Assembly: GCA_000002445.1 (NCBI GenBank)
Contig: CM000208.1
Span: 704,001 to 768,000 of the forward strand
Reading direction: 5' to 3'
From: Trypanosoma brucei
Lineage: Eukaryota
Length of the DNA: 64,000 nt
Made by a program: the position numbers and the translations under genes. Of the stretch, positions 54,797-64,000 are shown one piece after another. Within the stretch, counting starts at the first letter, position 1, and every line of letters begins with the position of its first letter. Under the pieces are notes generated by a model. It was given only the letters and a program-made list of their open reading frames with translations, had not been told where the DNA came from and did no database searches.

Positions 54797-56001
54797 AGAT
54801 CGCTTAATGGACGAATTAAAGTGTGCATGTTTTACTTTGGTTTTTTTCTTTGTGTGTGTATTGTATTGTTTTTTTTTTGCGGATTCGTTTTTTTTTCCCC
54901 TTCCTTTCCTTTGTTTAACTGCGGAGGAAGAGTGGCAAGAGATTAAGGGGGCGTGCTGCCATGCGTACCCCCAGGAGAGACGTTCCATTTTTTGTCATAA
55001 CTTTACTACTGTGTGTATGCGTGTGAGAGAAGTGTCGGCTCTTTCACGCCCCCCGTTGCTTTTGTGATGGAAGTTTCCCGTGATTAATTTGTGCTTTCGT
55101 GCTTTTGTGTCCGACTCATGGTAAGTGGGAGGGAAGGAAATGTTGAGGGAAAAATATAAGTGAAGTTTAAATGTTTCATTGCGATTATATCACGGTGCTG
55201 CTACTGACTTTTTTAAATTTTTTGCCTCCCACATCTGTGAATGGACTTTCTTTATAGTTCTCGTGCTTTTTTTTTATATCTTCTTTCTTTTTTATTTGTT
55301 TTACCTCCTATATGGAAACACATGTGCTAATGAGTGCTCAATAACTATTATTGTTGTATGGTATTCCGTTTCATCCACGCCAAATATTAAAAAAAAAAAT
55401 TCGCATGCGCAACTATTTGTGGCACTGTTTCTTTTCTTTTTCCTTTTTTTTCTTCATCTCCCGTTTGGCCAGTCTCAACATTGTGTGCATCTGTGCATTT
55501 CGGTAAGTAACAATAACAATAATAATAATTCAACAGGCACACGTGCTTTCCAACTCTTCATCCGAGGCATATATATATTTAGTTAGAGGGCGGTACGAAG
55601 GGAAGGAGGGGAAAAGGGAAACGGGAGCAAATACCACAATTTTGTCCATCGAAGTCGTGGACAAAAAAAAGGAAAAAGAAAAGAGACAGTACCACAAGGT
55701 GTTAAAACAAATTTGATCAAAAAAAGGAAAGGAAAGGAAAATTTGAAATATATATATATATACATATATATAGAAGAAGCGAAAGTCTTGTGATCACACC
55801 AGAAATATAGCAATAGGGGTGTGCATACACACGCGGACCTGTTTATATATTTATAATAAAACTCATAGACGAGTTCGAGTGTTACAGAGCTGCAAGCAAC
55901 AGTTAATATAGTGTAGGGCGATCGCTCAATTGTTTTCGGGTTGTATCCGTGTCCAGGTACCAAATTAAAAAGGAACAAAGTCGAGCCAATAAAAAAAAGA
56001 A

Positions 56002-56022
56002 GGGAAGGAAGGAAGGAAGGAG
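56002..56022. repeat. (GGAA)n microsatellite
   Basis: Direct reading: gggaaggaaggaaggaaggag. Confidence 0.85.
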
Positions 56023-56192
56023 ACCGACCCAAACACTCCGGCAGCCAGCCGGCCAACGGAGATTGCAACTCGTCGCCTCGGAATAGCAAGGAAAAGAGAA
56101 AAGGTTGTGTGGATTGCGTTTTGCTCCGCGCACAGTATTTTTCTTTTTTTTTCACTTAGTGTGCTGCTCTCGTCGTGTGTAGTAATTAACAA

Positions 56193-58442
56193 ATGGGGAA
56201 TTGCTTGTGCTGCAGGGATAAACACAAACATGAACCGGAGCCGGAAGTCGTGATGGATGTAATGGATGTGAAAGAAAAGCAGGAAATAGGTCATCATAAT
56301 AAAACACAAGTCTCAACACCGCCTACATGTCAAAGTGATTATCCACCACCTTCTGGACTTCCAACCAGCCCCCCTGATGATACGCAGTCGAGTGTTTCTC
56401 CACGTGATAATGTCCAATTTGCAACCGCTCCACCGGACGATTCATCAAATGCGGCGTCACCTCGATATGACGAACAGCCTGTCACCACTCTGTCTCATGA
56501 TGTGGTTTCTTCAACTCCTCCTCGGGTTGAGACTCCACCAACTTCTTCCCCACGTGAAGAAGTCACTGATGTGGTCCCTGCCATCGAAGAGTTTACTCCT
56601 GCCGTTTCTCTTGGAGAAGAAGTGGTTGTATCTGAGGCTTCTCCTGCCGAAAACCCATTCACCGCTTCCCCACACGACGACACTACAGCGACGGGTTCCC
56701 GCGGCGACAATCCATTTACTGCCTCTCGAGACAACGCGGAATATGATTTCTCTCCCCGTGAAGACGTTAATCATCCTCCACAGGATAAGCCCGAAGTCGT
56801 CCTGGCATATGATTTCAGCGCCCCCGTTGCAAGTGTCTATAAGAATGCGGCAGTGTGGACATTTACCGCGCCCAAAGAGGAGAAAAGCGGCAACCGTGTG
56901 GTCGGTTTTGCCTCTGCAGAGCGGGGGCCCCGTGGTGATGTACCACCGTCAACTGAAAGAGTCTCAGAGAAGCCAAGTGGACGGGCTGATGAGGATTTTG
57001 ACACGGATGAAACGACTACAGGGAGGTCGAGCAAACCAGTGGATGCCGCTGATGATAGAGCCCCTAAGCTGCGGGCGCCATTGCTGGCCCCACCAGTGGA
57101 TGATACCGTAATGGAAAGTGAGGAGGCCGCTGAGGAGAGGGAGGCCCAAGTTTTCACAGAAGCAGCAAAGGAAGGAAATGAGTCTGTGGGTAAGGAACCC
57201 CCCGGTGGGGAAGGTGACACTTATCAGGTTAGTGATGCAGTTGAACTCGGGGACGCAATGGAAAGTACTAACGAGCCTGAGGTAAAGGAGATTGGCCAAG
57301 CGGATGTTGAGAAATTGAAGGGTGCGGGTACACCCGAAAAAGCTGATGATGAGGAGGAAAGCCCTCGCACATCGGGACGGCGTGACAACAACGTTTTGAG
57401 CCCGCTACTCGAAGATAAAGCCCCTGCTGTGCTTGCTGTGGCGGGCGAAAACAACGATGAAACTAACGCCTTCGTACACTCAGCGGAAAGGGCATTGGAA
57501 CAAAGTAAAGTTGGTAAGGATAGCGAGGAAAATAGTGAACTGGAAGGTGAGCATCCCAGTGAAGAGGGGTTGGGGGATGTTTCATATGCCAATACAGCAG
57601 GCGACCTCCCGGAGTCGGTTGCGTACACTACTCACAGTAGTGCTGAACTGCAGACGCGCAAGACAGAAGGGAGTCATGCGATAACCGATGGTGAAACAGT
57701 GAGGAAAAGTGACAGTAATGACAACGCTCTTGCAGGCATCATTCGCAGGCAGCGGGATATGGAGAGGCGAAGCAGTACGGGAGTGCTTCTTCCAACCCAG
57801 TCAGACGCCCTGGGTTTCTTGGAGACACACAGCAGCGGGGTTGCAGAACATGATTTAGTGAACACTGGAGTGGAAGGTGAAGATAATACCGATGGCAAAA
57901 TGCAATACCTGCAAGGTGAACTTTCACTTGACTTTGGGGGACTCGAGACTTTTAACGCAGATAATATGTCGGAGAACCGAGTGCACAGCTGGAGTAGTGT
58001 TGAATCTAATGGGGGCGCCGAAGATAGAGGAGAACGAGGTGCCAGCGGCTTAAATAATGAGGGAAATGACCGCACTGTAGGTGGCTGTGTTGACAGCGGG
58101 AGCAGCGATGGCGGAAGTGAACGCCGACGGCTCGCTGACATTGTTCAACCAAAGGATTGGGGGCGAGAAATACATGAGGAAGAGGAGGTAACTGAGAAGT
58201 ATTCGGTAGAGGAGGTAGTCGCTGACAAGGAAAAATCTGCTGAAGATCGTGTTAGCTACAATGAAGACTTTGGCGTTAATCGTTCTAACGAACTCTTCAA
58301 CGGAAGGGAGGCGTTTTTTCAAGATGAAAAAACGGAAAGTAAAAGCAGGTCAACCTCTGTCCCCTATCGTACCATCCCAATCATTTCCCCACCTCTGGCG
58401 ACACCTCAAAACAGAGAAGATGGTGACGAAAGTTTGATGTAA
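56193..58442 (+). CDS. Acidic low-complexity protein (749 aa) with N-terminal MGNCLCC dual-acylation motif and degenerate SPR(D/E)-containing repeats
   Basis: ATG at 56193. N-terminus is MGNCLCCRDKHKHEPE (Gly2 for myristoylation, Cys4/6/7 for palmitoylation). Residues ~60-200 show recurring …SPRDNVQF…SPRYDEQP…PPRVETPP…SPREEVTD…ASPHDDTT…NPFTASRDNAEYDFSPREDV… motifs. The rest is strongly acidic (E/D-rich). Confidence 0.55.
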   Translation: MGNCLCCRDKHKHEPEPEVVMDVMDVKEKQEIGHHNKTQVSTPPTCQSDYPPPSGLPTSPPDDTQSSVSPRDNVQFATAPPDDSSNAASPRYDEQPVTTLSHDVVSSTPPRVETPPTSSPREEVTDVVPAIEEFTPAVSLGEEVVVSEASPAENPFTASPHDDTTATGSRGDNPFTASRDNAEYDFSPREDVNHPPQDKPEVVLAYDFSAPVASVYKNAAVWTFTAPKEEKSGNRVVGFASAERGPRGDVPPSTERVSEKPSGRADEDFDTDETTTGRSSKPVDAADDRAPKLRAPLLAPPVDDTVMESEEAAEEREAQVFTEAAKEGNESVGKEPPGGEGDTYQVSDAVELGDAMESTNEPEVKEIGQADVEKLKGAGTPEKADDEEESPRTSGRRDNNVLSPLLEDKAPAVLAVAGENNDETNAFVHSAERALEQSKVGKDSEENSELEGEHPSEEGLGDVSYANTAGDLPESVAYTTHSSAELQTRKTEGSHAITDGETVRKSDSNDNALAGIIRRQRDMERRSSTGVLLPTQSDALGFLETHSSGVAEHDLVNTGVEGEDNTDGKMQYLQGELSLDFGGLETFNADNMSENRVHSWSSVESNGGAEDRGERGASGLNNEGNDRTVGGCVDSGSSDGGSERRRLADIVQPKDWGREIHEEEEVTEKYSVEEVVADKEKSAEDRVSYNEDFGVNRSNELFNGREAFFQDEKTESKSRSTSVPYRTIPIISPPLATPQNREDGDESLM

Positions 58443-59617
58443 CTGTCACTGAAAATGAAAAAGGGATTATTTTTTTTTAATGGTGAGCGTGTGCGTGTGT
58501 GTGCTCTTCTGGACTTGTCACCAGTATTTGCTTCAAATTGATTGTTCTATAGGTGGAGATCTGTGGATACTGTTATGCTATATTATATGTCTGTTTTATT
58601 TGCACATAGAAATTAACCGATACGGCGCCTTATCTCATTTTTTTTCCGGATCACTGTTGATACTGAGTTTCCTCCTTACTCAATATGTGTTCTTTTTTTT
58701 TTTGTCATGCCCTCCTTCACCTTTTATGTGTGGAAGGAGCCGGTTTTTTTGTTGCACTATTGAAGGAAAAAGGAGAAGGCGAAGCTTACGGCCACACAGT
58801 CCTTCGTTTTTTTTTTTTGTTTTCTTCTTCTAACGCCATGTGGATTTGGCTATTACCCTCCATTTCTTCCCTCTCATTTTTAAAAAAAAAAGAAATTGCC
58901 TTTGGTTTTACTTTTAATTGTGCTCCACTACCTCGCGACACCACAGACTTCTTTCTTTCTTTCTTCCATTTTTTCTTAGTGTTTTTTTTGTAAAGATCTT
59001 TGTTCTCGTGGTGATGAGGCACATTTCACACACCGGTGAATGTCGATGATGCCGGTGAAGAAAAAAAAGGGGAATTCGATTAGAAAGGCAAAAAAAAAAG
59101 GAATGAACGCGGCAGTTGTGATTCTTTTTTTGTGTGTATGTGTGTGTAGGGGAGAGAGAGGAGACATCAGGAATCGCCATTCTGCTATGGATGGGATGCG
59201 GAGAAGCACCACCGCAGTAATTGACAGTAAAATGAATAAATAAACTGAAGAATGGAGGGGGGAAAGAAAGGAGCATGTGTGACGGATGTATTTTGTCCGT
59301 GTGAACAAGTAGCACTGTCTTATATTATTGCTATCCGCTACAATATTATCGATTCTGCACCCAAGCATACGTTACTAACAAATGTCTTTTCCCGTTATTT
59401 TTCTTTCTTCCTCGCCTTATAACACCCAATGTGCTGTCTGCCACGGACTTTTGCATTGGTTATGCATAAAAACGCCATTGTTCTTCTATTTTTACTGTTA
59501 TTGCTGCTATTCACCACTCCGTTGTCATGGTTTTATAATTATAATTATGTGATGTATCCTACCCTTTCCCGGGTTTGTTGGTGCTGATGGTGGTGAAGCC
59601 ACAGAAGGGCGGTCTCA

Positions 59618-59642
59618 ATATATATATATATATATATATATT
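59618..59642. repeat. (TA)n microsatellite
   Basis: Direct reading: atatatatatatatatatatatat. Confidence 0.9.
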
Positions 59643-59980
59643 TGAGACGAAGCGGCAAAGTACTGTGTGCTTCTTAGCTGCTAATGGCGTGTATGTTCCC
59701 TCACACACCACACACACACGCGTGTGTACACATGCGTCTCTTCTTCTTTTTTTTTTTTAATCGCATTTTAATTTTAACTTGTTATCTTTGTTTGTTCTTT
59801 TACTCTAAAATAAAAAGAATAGGGAGGAAATGTGGTGGTATTTGGTTAGACAGTACAACAGGTAGTAGTGTGTACGTCACGTATCGTTTCTTGTTTTTAT
59901 TTTTCTTTATTTCCTTCTAGTGCATTGTGGTCGAAGGGGTGCATAAAGTGCGTGGAGAGTAGCGACACTATTTCTCTTAC

Positions 59981-60016
59981 TATTACCATTATTATTGTTA
60001 TTATTATTATTATTAA
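59981..60016. repeat. (ATT)n-like trinucleotide microsatellite
   Basis: Direct reading: tattaccattattattgttattattattattattaa. Confidence 0.85.
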
Positions 60017-60681
60017 ATTTGGTTGTTTATTTTGATGATAGTTTAGTAATTTGCGTATGTGAGAGGTTGTGTAAGGGGAGGGGGAATTTGTCCACAATTA
60101 CAGGGGCAACACTGATACAGAATTAAATGCTTCTTTACCGGCACTATTATTTAACACCGAATACACATTTTTGTCATTTTTCACTGTTTTTTTTTTTACT
60201 TGACCTTTTTTTTTTGTGTTTGTGTGTGTGCACAAGGTTCACCAGCTTCCCGGGACCACACAACGTTTCTGAGTTGGTGATAATGAAATGATTACTGCAC
60301 AGTCAAACGCATACATAATGGTTTGTTTTCGTTTTTCGTCCATGCTATAGCCCATCGTTGTGAGGCAATGTAAATGTATGTAGTTGTGTGTATATTTAAA
60401 TATTCATTTATTTAACATGGTCAATCAATATTATTGTTTCTTATCCTCTTTTCTTTATGTTTTTTTTTGTTGTTGTTGTGATGTTGTTTGAGAAGCGGGA
60501 AACTGCTCTCTCTCTATCGGATTTGGCCAACATTGTAGGTTAGGTTTTTGATACGCTGCCCTTATTACTGTTGCCGTAGGAATCAGCTTTCTTTTTTTTT
60601 TTCTTCTTCAACGAGGTAAGACGGTTTTGGGGGGTTGTTGCTTTTCCTGCGCCGAGGAAAAGGTGTCAGTTACATTATCTA

Positions 60682-61746
60682 ATGTCAACCGGAGCATTTA
60701 CTGAGGCCGATAGCCTTATGGCAAGTGCAAAAAAACATCTTAAAACTGGTTTGTTTAAACGCAAACCCGATTGGGGCTCTGCAGCGGACGACTACGAGAG
60801 AGCTGGTGGGCTCTACGTAAGTGATGGGAATGTGGAGAAGGCATGTGAAGCATATAATAGCGCGTGTGAAGCATATGAAAAGGTGGGTAGCCTTGTGTCA
60901 GCATCACTTATAAAATCCAAACTTGCTCAGTTCCTCGCTGAGCAGGCCCGGAAAGGATGTGGTGGGAAGAGTTTAGACAAAAAACTGATGGATAGCGCCG
61001 TGGAATCCTATCGTGGAGCCGCCAGGTATTATGCATTAGATGGAAAGTTTGACAGGATGGCAGAGACACTCGTTAAGGCGGCGGAATTAATTGACCCGAC
61101 AACACACTGTGCTTTCGCCTCTCCCCTCGCTGCAAAGTCAAATGTGGAAGGAGACCGGGAAAAAGTGAAGCAAGTGTGTGCACTTCTGGAGGAAGCAGCA
61201 GATGCAATAGAGGAGAATGAGGACAATAACAACAGCTACATCATTCGTCTACCTGATATATATCGTAAGTGGATGCTTGCCTGTTTGCGTAGTGGTGATG
61301 TGCTAAGAGCAATTGCTGTACTAGAGCGTCAGCTTGGTATCACGAATGGTTCAGGCGATGGCACCAGCAAAATAAAGGGAAAATGTGCAGGGGGGTTTTA
61401 TGCGAGACTTAATCAACCACACAATGTGGCTAAAACGGGGCTCGAAATTATTGTGCTGTGTTTGTCACTTGGGGACCTCGTACTGGCACGCATGAAGCTG
61501 GATGGGCTGCGCGGCATTTCTGGATTTGCAAACACAAAGGAAGAATCAACCGTGCGATCGCTTCTCGAAGCATTTGGTGAGCGTGACACAGAAATGCTAC
61601 AAGAAACATTGAAAGATTCAACTCTGATGTTCATCACGAATGACATCTCGAGGATGGCAAAAAAATTAGTGATTAGGTCCACCGAAGCAAAGCCGGACAC
61701 ATGTGAAGGAGGTGAGGTTATTGACGGTGAGGAAGACTTGCGATAA
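60682..61746 (+). CDS. TPR-like helical protein resembling soluble NSF attachment protein (SNAP family, possibly gamma-SNAP-like)
   Basis: 354 aa. The N-terminus SAKKHLKTGLFKRKPDWGSAADDYERAGGLY…KACEAYNSACEAYEKVG…AQFLAEQA follows the SNAP N-terminal pattern (…FFSGLFGG…EEA…Y.RAAN.FK…A..AF..AA.L…). Repeated helical TPR-like AxxxY/A units appear throughout. Similarity judged by eye. Confidence 0.45.
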   Translation: MSTGAFTEADSLMASAKKHLKTGLFKRKPDWGSAADDYERAGGLYVSDGNVEKACEAYNSACEAYEKVGSLVSASLIKSKLAQFLAEQARKGCGGKSLDKKLMDSAVESYRGAARYYALDGKFDRMAETLVKAAELIDPTTHCAFASPLAAKSNVEGDREKVKQVCALLEEAADAIEENEDNNNSYIIRLPDIYRKWMLACLRSGDVLRAIAVLERQLGITNGSGDGTSKIKGKCAGGFYARLNQPHNVAKTGLEIIVLCLSLGDLVLARMKLDGLRGISGFANTKEESTVRSLLEAFGERDTEMLQETLKDSTLMFITNDISRMAKKLVIRSTEAKPDTCEGGEVIDGEEDLR

Positions 61747-62129
61747 AAAAAAAAGATAAAAGTAGAAGTGACAACAGCTTTGTAGTACGGGTTCCTTTGA
61801 TCAACTTGTCGGACACACGGAGCGACCAACGGCTCCCCCGGGTGCTCCTTCCGTTGCTTTCCTCAGTGTGAGAAGTTTTCCCTGCGTATATGTTTAAAGC
61901 CATTGCTTCTGGAAAATCTGATGCTGTATGGTATTGCCGATGCTTTAATGCTTTCATTTTCTTTCTTTTTTTTCCTCACCTTCAAACGAAATATTGCTCG
62001 TTTCACATCCCCTGCATGCGCTATGCTAAATTTTTTTTTAAATCTATGTTCGTTTTCTTCTACGCAAATCGCTTGCTTCACACACACACGAGGTCGAAGG
62101 AAAAAAAAAGAAGAAAAGATTTGTGGTCA

Positions 62130-64000
62130 ATGGGCGACGCAGACGTCGCGACTGATCAGCAACAACAACGCTTGAAACAGGTACCAAACAGGGGAGATGC
62201 TATTAACGCAAATGCTGCCAACAGTTTTGACGATGAGGATGGTAACCAATGCCTTTGGCATCGCCGATCTCGTGAGGTACACGCACATTTGAAACGGCGG
62301 GTGGCGGGCATTCTTACGCAGATACGGTGCACGAGCAGTGCTAACCACTTTGATCGTCACAGAGTTGAGGTGGACGAGCTGTTGCGCTGCGACGCCCCCA
62401 TGGGGTTCACCCCTTCGATGATCCTTGCAGGTGTGCCTGATATTATCCACCTACTTACTGACGCTGTGAGGGATCGCAGGGTACTGGAGGTTGGTAGGGA
62501 AAATCGACAGGCCATATCGGCGCTCACCCCAATATGCCAAAGTTCGAATTTCCTTATAACTCCGAACCCTTTCTTCGTGAAGGAAATTGCATCGTCCATC
62601 TGGAGGGACTCGAGTAAATTCAAGGGAGACCGCGGAAATAACACACCTAGTAATGCGATGAGTTCAGTAGGCTCAAATGGTGCAAAGGGTGATAATATAG
62701 ATTGCTTTTTACCACCACTTGTTCGCCATGCAAAAGGTTCAGCACCGCAGGAGTATCCCCATACGACGAGTGCCTCACCCACTCGAGAAGGCAAACGGCT
62801 GGTGGCGAGAATAGGGAAGTCAAATGAGGTAACAACTGCAGCGGGGACGGCTGCGGGATCGAGGAAATGCGTGCGTGACGGAAGCAGTTCACCGCTTGAC
62901 AAATCGGGGCCGACATTACCGCGAATAGACGCTAACCGGCAGTCGGCGAATCGGCATGTGAACGGAACCGGGCAGGGAAACCAGCCACTACAGCAACAAT
63001 CAAACGGATTTCCCTCAGCGTGCGCGGTCTCGGATGCCGCCAACGCCAAGTGCGCTCCCCTTCTTTGCGATATCCCGTCTACTGTCGAGGCAATGATGTA
63101 CCACTGTGCCTTCCCGCTTGTGTGTATCACCCCGGAAGACTACGAAAGCCGTGCAAGTGCTACACACATACTGGTATCCACCCTTTCCTCAATAATTAGA
63201 AAAACTTCCGACAATAACCTTCATACTGAGTGCGAAGGGATTTCGGGGGTTGACAATGTCGCGAGCCAAAGCACTTCTGATGATGGTAAACCCGGAAGCA
63301 ATATCAACGGGGATTACAACTGTAATGCTCCTCGGCCGACGAATGCCGAACAAAAAAACTGTGATTTGGAGCATAAAAACATGCTTTACCGACTGCGTCG
63401 CGCGGCACTTCATACGCTCCACGCCCTCCTCTCCATCATGGATTCGGAGAATGCGAGTTTGGTAAACAAGCATTTTGCGGAGCGCGATCGTCAACTGTAC
63501 GATGCGTTTGGTGACATCAACTTCTCTACAGATAATACAATAATGGATATGTGCAGCCCTATGGATGAGACAAGGGAAAATGACAATGAAAGGGTCGAAA
63601 GCGTGAGCGTGAAAGTCCTCAGCGGGGGAACAATGGGCTCCCCGAGAGCGGTATCTCCCCGCCGTCGTCTGTCCACCGCATGCGTGAAAGTCATGCAGAG
63701 GACACAAAGAAATATGTTGGTTCGCCGTGTCGCGCCACTGAGTGTATATAACAACGCCGTTGATGTCAACGTACTTATCCCTTTGCTGGAGCGATGGACA
63801 TTCATCTTGGATAAAGGCACGGGGAGCAACGGAGTGCTGGATTCTGCACGTTTTCTGACTCAGCGTCCAGGGGCGTGGGAAGTAGAGGAAAGGAGCAACA
63901 AAATGGCAAATAAGAAATTGGCGATGGCATCCATCACCCGCTGTGGGCAAGAGGGTCATCATGTCATACCGGCAGAAATGCACAGTGAGAAAATTACAAC
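62130..64000 (+). CDS. Hypothetical protein, 5' portion (>623 aa; ORF runs off the 3' end of the window)
   Basis: Frame starting at the ATG at 62130 (MGDADVATDQQQRLKQ…) has no stop codon through nt 64000. Codon bias is coding-like. It is on the same strand as all other genes. It is absent from the supplied ORF track, presumably because it lacks an in-window stop. Confidence 0.6.
   Translation, partial: MGDADVATDQQQQRLKQVPNRGDAINANAANSFDDEDGNQCLWHRRSREVHAHLKRRVAGILTQIRCTSSANHFDRHRVEVDELLRCDAPMGFTPSMILAGVPDIIHLLTDAVRDRRVLEVGRENRQAISALTPICQSSNFLITPNPFFVKEIASSIWRDSSKFKGDRGNNTPSNAMSSVGSNGAKGDNIDCFLPPLVRHAKGSAPQEYPHTTSASPTREGKRLVARIGKSNEVTTAAGTAAGSRKCVRDGSSSPLDKSGPTLPRIDANRQSANRHVNGTGQGNQPLQQQSNGFPSACAVSDAANAKCAPLLCDIPSTVEAMMYHCAFPLVCITPEDYESRASATHILVSTLSSIIRKTSDNNLHTECEGISGVDNVASQSTSDDGKPGSNINGDYNCNAPRPTNAEQKNCDLEHKNMLYRLRRAALHTLHALLSIMDSENASLVNKHFAERDRQLYDAFGDINFSTDNTIMDMCSPMDETRENDNERVESVSVKVLSGGTMGSPRAVSPRRRLSTACVKVMQRTQRNMLVRRVAPLSVYNNAVDVNVLIPLLERWTFILDKGTGSNGVLDSARFLTQRPGAWEVEERSNKMANKKLAMASITRCGQEGHHVIPAEMHSEKIT

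Noticed and set aside
62357-63983. Two minus-strand ORFs (62357..63130, 63189..63983) in the supplied track
   Set aside because: They are antisense to a longer uninterrupted + strand frame and would require an unmarked strand switch. High GC3 bias commonly produces open antisense frames. Judged non-coding.

Overview
This window looks like trypanosomatid (kinetoplastid) nuclear DNA. Every supportable protein gene lies on the + strand, which is what a single polycistronic transcription unit predicts. Intergenic spacers are pyrimidine-rich, and several AT/GT microsatellites occur. I found no introns, CRISPR arrays, prokaryotic operon signals or strand-switch regions.

The gene order is: deoxyhypusine synthase (3' part), a BCS1-like AAA ATPase, eIF5, an RNA polymerase largest subunit of Pol III size, several hypothetical proteins, ribosomal protein S25, a POC1-like WD40 protein, a tepsin/ENTH-like protein, a 2693-aa four-domain voltage-gated cation channel, enolase, importin-beta, an RD/RE-repeat protein, a Cys-rich/RS-rich protein, an N-terminally acylated acidic repeat protein, and a SNAP-like TPR protein. 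From memory, this order matches a Trypanosoma brucei chromosome-10-like locus in which the CaV-type channel sits beside enolase. That assignment is recall, not a search result.

Many ORFs in the supplied track begin at alternative codons (TTG/GTG). I re-anchored those to the first in-frame ATG. The track also omits a long + strand ORF running off the 3' end (62130..>64000). Its two antisense ORFs there are probably artefacts.

I see no evidence of an undescribed multi-gene system. The individually interesting items are: the four-domain channel with an apparently non-canonical pore filter; the acylated MGNCLCC repeat protein; the split AAA ATPase; the tepsin-like protein; and the Cys-rich/RS-rich and RD-repeat proteins.
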